Of a DNA stretch of 21,300 bases, positions 8,636-16,772 are shown one piece after another; positions within the stretch are counted from its first letter, which is position 1; the number at the start of each line of letters is the position of its first letter. The translations under genes were made by a program, and so were the position numbers. This DNA comes from Candidatus Sumerlaeia bacterium (GTDB taxonomy: Bacteria > Sumerlaeota > Sumerlaeia > SLMS01 > JAHLLQ01). Under the pieces are notes generated by a model that saw only the letters and a list, made by a program, of their open reading frames with translations, had not been told where the DNA came from and searched no databases. The DNA is taken from positions 1 through 21,300 of the forward strand of contig JANRMB010000161.1 in the NCBI GenBank assembly GCA_033761985.1, read 5' to 3'.

Positions 8636-9828
8636 AGCTCAATCAGCAAAAGCGAAATATCATCCTGCGGGTTAACCTCTTCTCCACATCCACACCATTG
8701 AGTAAGAGCATTTTCCAACGAGGGAAGCACTTGGGAGAATTCCGTGGAACGCGATTTTCCCAATTCCTCGGTTACTCGATTCGTACCCAAAAGTTCTCCC
8801 GCTCTGTTAGCCAGCTCCACTACTCCATCAGAATACAGCAACAACCGCTCGCCTGGAATCAGGGAGAGGATCTTATCTTTGAACTCAAGATCCGGGAGAA
8901 AACCGATGGGCAACTGCCCGGATTCATGGATCTTGACTTCGCCATTCGGTTGCTGCTGTATCAACGGGGGGTGCCCTGCCGAACTAAACTTGAACGTGCG
9001 CGTCTGGGTATTCAGGATCCCATACACGATGGTAAAGTACTGGCCCTCTGACTCCGCAGAAATTTGAAACCGTTGATTCAGATTCGATAAGACCTGCGCC
9101 GGGGAAAGCACATCCCATCGCGAACCAACCCGACCAAACAACGCGGAGTGATCACGTTCAGCGGAGAGCAAACGACTCAGAGTAACACTTAGCAGCGAAG
9201 AGGCAACACCGTGCCCACTAACATCGAGGAGATAAATCCCCCAACGGTTTTCACCCAGTGGCACAACGTTGAAAATATCACCAGCCAACTCTTCGCAGGG
9301 AATCAGATTCCAAGAAACTTTGAAAGGAAGGCTTTTGGCGTCTTCCAAACGGGGAAGCAGCGACTGCTGAACCCGTGCCGCCGCTCGGAGATCTTTCTTA
9401 ATCATCTCATGTGCTGACTGGAGTTCCCGATATTGGCGGCGGAGTTTGGACTCCAGTTCCAATATTCGATTGGCGGAATGGATTCTCGCGTGGAGTTCGG
9501 CTCGATCAATGGGTTTGGAAAGGAATTCATCGGCCCCTGCTTGAAAGGCCTCCAAAAGGCTTTCCTTCCCTTCCCTTACCGTAAGTAACAGCACAAACGT
9601 ATAATAGAGCTCGCGTTGGTGTGCCCGTATTTTTTGGCACAACTCCAACCCGTTAAGATGGGGCATCTCCCAATCGGTAATCACGATGGGGAATCCACCC
9701 TCCTCCAAAATAAGGGCCCACGCCTTCTCCCCGTCATCACACTCCACCACCTGATGCCCCATGTTGCGTAATGTCATGGAGAGCAACATCCGGGAGGTGC
9801 GATCATCTTCAGCAACGAGGATTCTCAT
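8632..9828 (-). CDS. Response regulator receiver domain fused to a PP2C-family (SpoIIE/RsbU-type) serine phosphatase, about 398 aa
   Basis: REC: 'MRILVAEDD...', phospho-acceptor context 'PIVITDWEMPHLNGLEL', 'LLLTVREGKE'. PP2C: 'DIFNVVPLGENRWGIYLLDVSGHGVASSLL', 'LLLYSDGVVEL'. Start is set at Met11 (ATG 9828), which forms an ATGA overlap with the Hpt stop; the track start at 9858 is less likely. The stop overlaps the HK stop by 3 nt (convergent). Confidence 0.85.
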   Translation of the reverse strand: MRILVAEDDRTSRMLLSMTLRNMGHQVVECDDGEKAWALILEEGGFPIVITDWEMPHLNGLELCQKIRAHQRELYYTFVLLLTVREGKESLLEAFQAGADEFLSKPIDRAELHARIHSANRILELESKLRRQYRELQSAHEMIKKDLRAAARVQQSLLPRLEDAKSLPFKVSWNLIPCEELAGDIFNVVPLGENRWGIYLLDVSGHGVASSLLSVTLSRLLSAERDHSALFGRVGSRWDVLSPAQVLSNLNQRFQISAESEGQYFTIVYGILNTQTRTFKFSSAGHPPLIQQQPNGEVKIHESGQLPIGFLPDLEFKDKILSLIPGERLLLYSDGVVELANRAGELLGTNRVTEELGKSRSTEFSQVLPSLENALTQWCGCGEEVNPQDDISLLLIEL

Positions 9829-10160
9829 AATGTAACGTGAGGCTCCATCATATTCCAAGTGCGCTGTGCGATGGTTTCAATAGTTTCCCAATCGATCAAA
9901 TCCCTCTCAGCGTTCAGCTCAATCAAATGAAACAACGCTGCAAGCGGCTCGGCGCCAACATTTCTACATGCACCGCGCATCCCGTGGGCCAGTTGCTTGC
10001 GCTTGGCAGTCTCTTGTGGAGCAAGTGATTTGAGTTGTTGAAGCTGCTCGAAAAGATCCTGACGAAAAGTGATCAATAATTCAGAAATGAAGGCCCGATC
10101 CCCTTCGGTAAGTTCATCCAATCGAGCAGGATTGTAAAGTTCTGCATCGGATGGGTTCAT
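9825..10160 (-). CDS. Hpt-domain histidine phosphotransfer protein, 111 aa
   Basis: 'KQLAHGMRGACRNVGAEPLAALFHLIE' fits the Hpt HxxKGxxxxxG helix motif. Size and helical composition are typical. It is translationally coupled (ATGA) to the downstream REC-PP2C gene. Confidence 0.7.
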   Translation of the reverse strand: MNPSDAELYNPARLDELTEGDRAFISELLITFRQDLFEQLQQLKSLAPQETAKRKQLAHGMRGACRNVGAEPLAALFHLIELNAERDLIDWETIETIAQRTWNMMEPHVTL

Positions 10161-10187
10161 GGGATCGGGCTCCTCTATTTGGAGAAA

Positions 10188-10850
10188 TTAATGCAGTTGT
10201 TTTTGTACAGCCGCGGTGGATTCCTCAATTTTATCCACTTCCTCATCCAATTTACGCATCGCCTGCTCTTGTTCCTGGAACTTGAGCCGCTGATAAGTTT
10301 CGGAAATGAGCCAGCCATCAAGCCCGCTTCTGGAGGCGTTGTACAGTTCGATGGCGTGGTTGACGAGTTCCTTGGCGGTGGCAGCCCCTTCCCAGCCGAG
10401 GCTGAGTGTACGGGAACCTTCCAAGTCTTTGTAGACAGCGAAAAAGTGTGCCACTTCCACAAGGAAGTGTGGAGGAACGTCTTTGATGTCTTTCATGGAA
10501 CCAAAGTAGGGATTGTGCTTCGGAACACAGAGGATCTTGTCGTCTGGCTCACCCTTATCCAGCATCTTGAAAACGCCGATGGGGCGTACCTCGATCAAAC
10601 AACCGGTGAAAGTGGGCTCATTGATCATGAGTAACACGTCCAAAGGGTCATGGTCGTCGTAATAGGACCGGGGGATAAAGCCGTAATCTCCGGGGTAAAT
10701 CATGGGAGAATAAAGGGTGCGAGACATCTCATAGATGCCCTTTTCCTTATTGAGTTCGTACTTATTGCGGGAGCCTTTGGGGATTTCCACGATGACGTTG
10801 AGTGAATCGGGGACGTTTTTTCCGGGTTCCAAGTCGTGCCAAGGGTGCAT
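10188..10850 (-). CDS. ppa: Family I inorganic pyrophosphatase with a C-terminal coiled-coil extension of about 40 aa, 220 aa
   Basis: 'VIVEIPKGSRNKYELNKEKG', 'YPGDYGFIPRSYYDDHDPLDVLL', 'IEVRPIGVFKMLDKGEPDDKILCVP', 'HFFAVYKDLEG' are colinear with E. coli Ppa (176 aa). The extra tail 'ISETYQRLKFQEQEQAMRKLDEEVDKIEESTAAVQKQLH' is heptad-like. Confidence 0.9.
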   Translation of the reverse strand: MHPWHDLEPGKNVPDSLNVIVEIPKGSRNKYELNKEKGIYEMSRTLYSPMIYPGDYGFIPRSYYDDHDPLDVLLMINEPTFTGCLIEVRPIGVFKMLDKGEPDDKILCVPKHNPYFGSMKDIKDVPPHFLVEVAHFFAVYKDLEGSRTLSLGWEGAATAKELVNHAIELYNASRSGLDGWLISETYQRLKFQEQEQAMRKLDEEVDKIEESTAAVQKQLH

Positions 10851-11060
10851 GGGTGGTGCCCACTTTCAATATGCTGGAATGGAGCGTTCGGCGCACAGTA
10901 AACGCTTGATTGAAGGGTCTAGTATAGTTCTCCAGAGGGATGCAACCGCTGAAAGATAAACGGAGGGTGATTTTTTATGGAAACGGGAAATTCTCGATTC
11001 GTCCATCCACCGATTCAAAATGAGCAATCCCACTCCAATATAACTCGGTGAACTGAAGAA

Positions 11061-12659
11061 TCAACGCGGGGAAATCGGCATTCTCCCCACAAAATGGCGG
11101 ACGACGGGATCAGACTCTCCCCGGTGAAAACTATCCACAACCTTTTCGATTTGTGCGTCGGCTTTGGTCACTCGCTCATGCTGGCGGATATGCTCGGCCC
11201 AGCTTTCCAATTCAAAGGATTCCACAAACACACCCATCTGCTCCACTTGTTCGTGTAACGACCAACGATAGGCACCATCCCTCAAACGGGCGACTTTGAG
11301 CGCCATAATCGCCTGAAGAAAAGCCTCCCGATCCTTTTCCTCAATCCTATACTCCACCGTGACCAGAACCGGCCCTTGTTCAAGGGCGATATGGCGACCA
11401 ACCGGTGGTTCTGGCCAGGGATGAGCAGCAGCCAGGGAATCGGGTTGAGGCTGCCGTAACGGCAGAAGAATCGCCGCCATCGCAAACAAGAATCCGCCTA
11501 GTCCTGATATGCGGAGAGCCATCATGCTCCCAAAGGATTCCGCCATCAGCCCCCAGATCATCCCCCCCAACGCCATGGAACCTGCAAAAACAATCAGATG
11601 TATTCCAAGACCTCGCGCACGCACCCAGGAGGGTAGCTCCGTCTGGGCGGCCAGGTTCAGTGTTGTCATTCCCAACAACCAACACACTCCCAACCCAACT
11701 AAAACCATGCCCGCATGTAGCCAATTCTGGCAAAAACTCAGTAGGATCACACCGCTTGAAAGACCAATCGTTCCAACCAGGGAAAGCGCTTGTTGACTCA
11801 ATGACTTTCTGAGTTTGGGAAGGAACACTACACCCAAAATGGCGCCAAAACCCAGCATCGTCATCAGGATTCCATACGTCGTGGCCGATGTGGACAAATG
11901 ATTTCGCGCAAAGAGAGGAAGAAGAGCCCACATCGCACTTGCAGGTAGAACAAATAGAATCGCTCGCCAAAGCACTTTTTGAAACAACGGTGAATTTCTG
12001 GTATACCGAAAACCAATTCTAACAGCACCGAAGAGAGACTCCGGAGGAAGCTTGACCAATGGTGCTTTGGGCTTCCATCGGTAGAGAACCAAGATGATTC
12101 CCAAAAACGACAGCCCATTGAAGAGGAAAACAAATGGAGGTGCCGAAAATCCCAAAATAACGGCGGCAATCGCGGGGCCCACGGCTCGGGCGATGTTGAC
12201 CGAGGAACTCCCCAAAGCCAGGGCATTCGGAAGGGAGGAGGATGGTACAAGGTCAGGAACAGTTGCCTGTAATCCGGGTGTTGCGAGAGCCGTTGCGATA
12301 GCCAGTAACGCAGTAAACAAGAGTAAGAGAACTGGATTCAATAACTCAAAATGCGCCAGACCCGCCAAAGCCAAACACAGAATAAACATGAACATTTGTG
12401 TTCGAAGAATCAACAACCGACGATCAACAATATCGGCCAAAGCACCAGCAGGCACACCCAGAAGAAAGATGGGAAGCGTTGCGGCAATTTGAATGGATGT
12501 AACGACAAGGGCAGAATCGGTAAATTCCGTCATCAGCCACCCAATGGCCACGTCGTGAGCATTGGTGCCGATCTGAGAAAACACCATCGCAATCCAGAAG
12601 GCTCGGAAAATAGGGATGGAGAGTGGAGCTACTGGTTTTTCGGGCGGGGGTTGTGTCAT
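11061..12659 (-). CDS. MFS transporter (12-TM, EntS/DHA-like) fused to a C-terminal cytoplasmic ABM/Dabb-like (antibiotic-biosynthesis-monooxygenase fold) domain, 532 aa
   Basis: The first 410 aa or so are hydrophobic with MFS-like loops ('GALADIVDRRLLIL', 'GLGIHLIVFAGSMALGGMIWG'). The C-terminal 'VLVTVEYRIEEKDREAFLQAIMALKVARLRDGAYRWSLHEQVEQMGVFVESFELESWAEHIRQHE' has the ferredoxin-like ABM pattern. The antisense and overlapping ORFs in the track are rejected. Confidence 0.7.
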   Translation of the reverse strand: MTQPPPEKPVAPLSIPIFRAFWIAMVFSQIGTNAHDVAIGWLMTEFTDSALVVTSIQIAATLPIFLLGVPAGALADIVDRRLLILRTQMFMFILCLALAGLAHFELLNPVLLLLFTALLAIATALATPGLQATVPDLVPSSSLPNALALGSSSVNIARAVGPAIAAVILGFSAPPFVFLFNGLSFLGIILVLYRWKPKAPLVKLPPESLFGAVRIGFRYTRNSPLFQKVLWRAILFVLPASAMWALLPLFARNHLSTSATTYGILMTMLGFGAILGVVFLPKLRKSLSQQALSLVGTIGLSSGVILLSFCQNWLHAGMVLVGLGVCWLLGMTTLNLAAQTELPSWVRARGLGIHLIVFAGSMALGGMIWGLMAESFGSMMALRISGLGGFLFAMAAILLPLRQPQPDSLAAAHPWPEPPVGRHIALEQGPVLVTVEYRIEEKDREAFLQAIMALKVARLRDGAYRWSLHEQVEQMGVFVESFELESWAEHIRQHERVTKADAQIEKVVDSFHRGESDPVVRHFVGRMPISPR

Positions 12660-12910
12660 AAGTCCTCGCGACGAGTGGAAGCCGCAGATTCACGCATAGC
12701 CACGGTTTGTCCATCGGGTCCGCCACAAAGATGCGCGGTTGTGGTGGGAGGCGGAGAAAGAAAACGGTCGGTGGCCATATAACCAACCGTCATTGCAACA
12801 ACCAGCATAGCTCCCACCAGATTGGGAGGGCTGGGAAGGGGAATATCCAGCCAGCGACACCCTGCGCCGATGGCAAGACCGATCCCCAAGCCGATTAAGA
12901 TTTTGATCAT
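12656..12910 (-). CDS. Small membrane protein, XapX/DUF1427-like N-terminus with a Pro/Thr-rich tail, 84 aa
   Basis: 'MIKILIGLGIGLAIGAGCRWLDIPLPSPPNLVGAMLVVAMTVGY' resembles XapX-domain mini-proteins (two short hydrophobic helices). An RBS AAGGAA sits 7 nt upstream. Its stop overlaps the MFS start (ATGA), so the two genes are coupled. Confidence 0.45.
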   Translation of the reverse strand: MIKILIGLGIGLAIGAGCRWLDIPLPSPPNLVGAMLVVAMTVGYMATDRFLSPPPTTTAHLCGGPDGQTVAMRESAASTRREDL

Positions 12911-13005
12911 GGAAAGTTCCTTTTGAATGGAAAGAGTCTGGGATTTAGGATCACTGATGAATGATGTTGGGAGATGCTTATCAAAATGAATCCAAGCGAT
13001 TCGTT

Positions 13006-14847
13006 CTAGAAGACAAAACAGTCACAACCGCCATCCAGAAGGCCCCGGGGTCCAAGCATCCAAGCCGGGCCATTCCATCCGGGAGAAGGCTTGCTATGAG
13101 CCTCGCAACCGCAACCGACTTTATGATTCAATGGTGGGCTCATGAAGGGATTGTAATATCCACCAAAACGGTTCACCGGTGCCCAATCAGGACTGGGGGG
13201 AGGTATTGGAGGATCAAGGTAAGTGTACTCCCCGCTTCCATAGACAACCTTTCCGCCGAGTATAGTCAGCACGGATTCCAAAGATTTGATTTCCTCATCA
13301 GGGATGGAAAAATAATCGGAGGAAAGAACCGCAAGATCCGCCAACTGACCGGGGATAAGTTGTCCGCGTTTCCCCTCCTCGCGAGACATCCAAGTCCCCC
13401 CGGAGGTGAATAGCTGAAGAGCCTTTTCCCGACTAAGACAATTCTTTTCGGAATACATTTTCAGTCCACCCAGAGTACGACCCGTCGACATCCAATACAG
13501 AGCCACAAACGGGTTGTAACTCGCTACGCGCGTGGCATCCGTTCCGGCAGACACCGGAAGTCCTGACTCGAGCATTCGCCTGATCGGTGGTGTGGACTCC
13601 GCCGCAGCAACGCCATAACGGTGAACAAAATACTCACCCTGGTAAGCCATTCGATGCTGAACCGCAATCCCTCCCCCCATTGCAGCGACGCGTTCAATAC
13701 TCCTGTCTGAGATGGTCTCACAATGATCCAAAAACCAATGCAGACGATCAATGGGGGCGTGACGGTGAACGCGTTCAAAAACATCGAGGAATCGGGAGAT
13801 GGATTGATCGTAAGTTGCATGGAGACGGAACGGCCAACCATTCTCCGCCAAAAAGGTAACGACCTTTTCCAGGTCGCCCTCAAGATTGGGAGAGAGATCG
13901 GGCCGCGGCTCCAAAAAATCCTCAAAGTCTGCGGCAGAGAAAACAAGCATTTCACCCGCTCCGTTACAGCGAAGATAATCATCGCCTTGACCGGGTTTCA
14001 CCATCTTGTTCCATCTCTGGAAGTCTTCCAGTTCACCACCTGGTTTCTGAGTGAACAAGTTGTAGGCGATGCGGAGAGTCATTTCTCCCCGCTCGTGAAG
14101 CTGTTGAATGATTTGGTAATCATCGGGATAGTTTTGAAAGCCACCACCCGCATCGCAAACCGAAGTTACACCCAAACGGTTGAGCTCCCGCATAAAGTGC
14201 CGAGTGGAATTATACTGATCTTCTGGTGGGAGTTTGGGCCCTTTGGCAAGGGATGCATAGAGTAGCATGGCGTTGGGTTTGGCAATCAGGAGCCCGGTGG
14301 GATTTCCTTGTTTATCGCGTTGAATTTCTCCACCAGGAGGATTGGGCGTATCACGGGTGTAGCCGCATGCTCTAAGAGCCGCTTTGTTCAGCAACGCTTG
14401 GCAATACAGATGAAGAATAAATACCGGAGTATCAGGTGCCGCGGCATTAATCTCATCCAAAGTGGGCAAACGCTTCTCCGCAAATTGGAATTCGTTGAAT
14501 CCCCCCACCACTCGAACCCATTGGGGAGCAGGAGTTCTGGAGGCTTGATCCTTGAGCATTTCCAACGCATAGGCCAGCGAGGGGACTCCATCCCAACGGA
14601 GTTCCATGTTGTAATTCAGCCCTCCGCGGATGACGTGAAGGTGAGAATCATAGAGACCCGGAATGACCGTGCGGTGATTGAGATCAATCACTTTTGTGGA
14701 CGCGTCAGCATGGGGAAAAACCTCCGCCTCGGTCCCAACCTTTAGAATTTTTCCATCGGCGATGGCTACTGAACTGGCGAAGCCTGCACCCGGGACTCCG
14801 GAGTACACTTTCCCATTCTTGAGAAGAATATTTGCAATCTGTGGCAT
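13006..14847 (-). CDS. Amidohydrolase-family (Amidohydro_3 / YtcJ-like metal-dependent TIM-barrel hydrolase) protein with a Cys-rich C-terminal tail, about 613 aa
   Basis: HxH metal motif 'YDSHLHVIRGG', later 'FLDHCETI', and 'AGTDATRVASYNPF' with the conserved Asp. Start is set at 'MPQIANILLKNGKVY' (ATG 14847), which has AGGA 9 nt upstream; the track start at 14877 is possible. The tail 'HKVGCGCEAHSKPSPGWNGPAWMLGPRGLLDGGCDCFVF' is unusual. Confidence 0.8.
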   Translation of the reverse strand: MPQIANILLKNGKVYSGVPGAGFASSVAIADGKILKVGTEAEVFPHADASTKVIDLNHRTVIPGLYDSHLHVIRGGLNYNMELRWDGVPSLAYALEMLKDQASRTPAPQWVRVVGGFNEFQFAEKRLPTLDEINAAAPDTPVFILHLYCQALLNKAALRACGYTRDTPNPPGGEIQRDKQGNPTGLLIAKPNAMLLYASLAKGPKLPPEDQYNSTRHFMRELNRLGVTSVCDAGGGFQNYPDDYQIIQQLHERGEMTLRIAYNLFTQKPGGELEDFQRWNKMVKPGQGDDYLRCNGAGEMLVFSAADFEDFLEPRPDLSPNLEGDLEKVVTFLAENGWPFRLHATYDQSISRFLDVFERVHRHAPIDRLHWFLDHCETISDRSIERVAAMGGGIAVQHRMAYQGEYFVHRYGVAAAESTPPIRRMLESGLPVSAGTDATRVASYNPFVALYWMSTGRTLGGLKMYSEKNCLSREKALQLFTSGGTWMSREEGKRGQLIPGQLADLAVLSSDYFSIPDEEIKSLESVLTILGGKVVYGSGEYTYLDPPIPPPSPDWAPVNRFGGYYNPFMSPPLNHKVGCGCEAHSKPSPGWNGPAWMLGPRGLLDGGCDCFVF

Positions 14848-14864
14848 GACTTTAATCCTAGATT

Positions 14865-15629
14865 CTAAGCGTTCCAACCGCCATCAACAGTCAAATTTTC
14901 TCCATTGATAAACGCAGAAGAAGGTTGAGCAAGGAAGGCAACAGCATCGGCAATTTCCTCCGGCTTTCCATAACGCCCCAAACTGGTCAGCTGCCGTTGA
15001 ATACCGGAATTAGGCCCTGAGGCTGGATTCAATTCAGTATCCGTTGGACCGGGTTGAACACAATTGACGGTGATTCCATAAGGGCCAAGATCTCTGGACC
15101 AACCGCGCGTGAGGCCATTAACCGCGAACTTTGTTGAACTGTAGAGCGCAATCGCCGGCATCGGAATTCGCTCACCCAAGCACGACCCAATATTGATGAT
15201 TCGCCCCCAACCGGTAATCAACATACGGCGGGCAGCTTCCTGTGAGAGGACAAATAGAGAACGCACATTCACCTGATAAAGTTCATCGAAGTCCTCTAAT
15301 GAACATTCCGTCAGAGAACCGAAACGCCCAATTCCTGCGCAGTTGACCAGTACATCCAGCTTACCTGCGAATCGCCCCTGAAAAGAGTCATCCAATTGGG
15401 CGATCAGATTGCTGGCACCCTCCTGATGGGACAAATCAGCTCCTATTGCTTCGGCTTCACCACCAGACTTTCGAATCGATTCAACAACCTCGGCGGCACG
15501 ATCCGGACTTGAATTGTAATGAACAAGCACCGAAGCCCCTTCCCGGGCGAGACGCACGGCGCTTGCAGCTCCAATGCCTCGCGAGGAACCAGTTACCAAA
15601 GCGAACTTACCGGATAAAGACCCCGTCAT
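14865..15629 (-). CDS. SDR-family NAD(P)-dependent oxidoreductase (FabG-like), about 254 aa
   Basis: 'GKFALVTGSSRGIGAASA' (TGxxxGIG), 'NCAGIG' (NAG) and the catalytic 'YSSTKFAVNGLTRG' (YxxxK). Start at Met3 (ATG 15629) gives GGGAG 7 nt upstream; Met1 at 15635 is the alternative. Confidence 0.85.
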   Translation of the reverse strand: MTGSLSGKFALVTGSSRGIGAASAVRLAREGASVLVHYNSSPDRAAEVVESIRKSGGEAEAIGADLSHQEGASNLIAQLDDSFQGRFAGKLDVLVNCAGIGRFGSLTECSLEDFDELYQVNVRSLFVLSQEAARRMLITGWGRIINIGSCLGERIPMPAIALYSSTKFAVNGLTRGWSRDLGPYGITVNCVQPGPTDTELNPASGPNSGIQRQLTSLGRYGKPEEIADAVAFLAQPSSAFINGENLTVDGGWNA

Positions 15630-15656
15630 TATCATACTCCCAGATGCAAAGTAAAT

Positions 15657-15682
15657 GTCCCCGAGTTGAAGAACCCGGGGAC
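15657..15682 (-). terminator. GC-rich hairpin (GTCCCCG / CGGGGAC, 7-bp stem) followed on the minus strand by ATTTACTTT; candidate intrinsic terminator after the isochorismatase-like gene
   Basis: Seen directly in the 62-bp gap between the YcaC-like stop (15698) and the SDR start. The loop of about 12 nt is long and the T-tract is weak, so confidence is modest. Confidence 0.3.
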
Positions 15683-15697
15683 TTGCTCTTGTCGGAA

Positions 15698-16351
15698 TTA
15701 GTGCCGGAAGCCGCCTTTGCTTTCAGGCATCTTATGCACCATCGTGTTTGCGTACTCCACCCCAACGCCGTAGGCGCCGCTGTGCTCTTCAACGGTGGCA
15801 ATTACATCGTTGTAGGTTTCTTTGCGAGACCAGTCCCGTTGGAACTCAAGAAGGACTTGCTGCCAGGTAACGGGGATAACACCGGCCTGCACCATACGCT
15901 GCATGGCATAATCGTGGGCTTCTTTACTGGTTCCACCAGAGGCATCCGCCACGGCATAAACGTCGTAACCTGCAGCCTTGGCTTCCAAGGCGGGAAAGCA
16001 AAGACAGACCTCCGTCCAGAGAGCCGCCATAACGAGTTTTTTCCGGCCATGCTTTCTCACGGTGTCCACAAACTTGGCATCCTCCCAGGAATTCATGGAA
16101 GAACGTTCGATGATTTCCGTACCAGGAAAGACATCCTTCAACTGGGGCCAAATGTGCCCACTGAAGGACATGGTTTCCACTGCTGTAAGAACAACAGGAA
16201 CATGAAAGGTTTTGGCGGCTTTAGCCAAACCCACCACGTTATTGATCAGAGTTTGACGGTCAATATTGGCGACCCCAAACGTCATTTGGGGTTGGTGATC
16301 GATGAAGATTACCGTGCAGTTTTGCGGTGTGAGGAGTTCAAGATTGCTCAT
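15698..16351 (-). CDS. ycaC: Isochorismatase-family cysteine hydrolase (YcaC-like), 217 aa
   Basis: Starting at 'MSNLELLTPQNCTVIFIDHQ' the protein aligns end to end with E. coli YcaC (MTKPYVRLDKNDAAVLLVDHQ…). Catalytic-triad context 'VMAALWTEVCLCFPALEA' matches 'IIAGVVTEVCVAFPAL'; 'YAVADASGG' matches 'FVVTDASGT'. The ATG 12 nt upstream (16363) is probably not used. Confidence 0.85.
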   Translation of the reverse strand: MSNLELLTPQNCTVIFIDHQPQMTFGVANIDRQTLINNVVGLAKAAKTFHVPVVLTAVETMSFSGHIWPQLKDVFPGTEIIERSSMNSWEDAKFVDTVRKHGRKKLVMAALWTEVCLCFPALEAKAAGYDVYAVADASGGTSKEAHDYAMQRMVQAGVIPVTWQQVLLEFQRDWSRKETYNDVIATVEEHSGAYGVGVEYANTMVHKMPESKGGFRH

Positions 16352-16647
16352 GACGTAACCCATTCCTTGAAAGTCGATGAATTTGTTTCAATTTATGAGT
16401 AAATCCGTAGACGAAGAAGACGAGATAAACCACTAGCCTATAGGAGAATAAATCGATAGCCCTTTTGGATCGCTTCAATCCCATCCACCCTATCTGAACG
16501 CCATCTCACCCGCGAAGTGATGGTAAAATCGGTTGAAATAGGGGAAATCCACCAAAAGGAATGCATCAACACGTACATCCCAATCATGGAATCGTTCTAC
16601 GCCATCAATTGTCTTGCTCCACCCCATCCCCAATCCTGAGCATTCAA

Positions 16648-16672
16648 AATAAATTCGGTGTGAATAAATTCG
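16648..16672. promoter_or_regulatory. Tandem direct repeat AATAAATTCG-n5-AATAAATTCG about 100 bp upstream of the flotillin start; candidate transcription-factor (for example response-regulator) binding site
   Basis: Exact 10-bp repeat at 16648-16657 and 16663-16672 (15-bp periodicity), located in the 370-bp intergenic region upstream of the flotillin gene. Confidence 0.3.
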
Positions 16673-16772
16673 CTCCTTTGGAGTAGTGTCGGCGGTGAAT
16701 CCAAGGCCGATGCAACCATCCCAATCGGGTTATGCCTTTTTACACCCAAACCAATTAGGGGAATCCAGTTCG

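Noticed and set aside
8554-9067. + strand ORFs of 165 aa and 107 aa
   Set aside because: They are antisense to the REC-PP2C gene, which has clear receiver and PP2C motifs.
11380-11970. 196-aa - strand ORF and several + strand ORFs (11405..11812, 12094..12492, 12351..12782)
   Set aside because: They are alternative frames or antisense within the MFS transporter gene, and their products have no membrane-protein character consistent with the gene.
13524-14745. ORFs 13524..13982 (-), 13587..13859 (+), 13723..14265 (+), 14308..14745 (+)
   Set aside because: They overlap the amidohydrolase gene out of frame or antisense, with no motifs.
15446-16402. 318-aa + strand ORF
   Set aside because: It is antisense to both the SDR and YcaC-like genes, each of which has diagnostic motifs.
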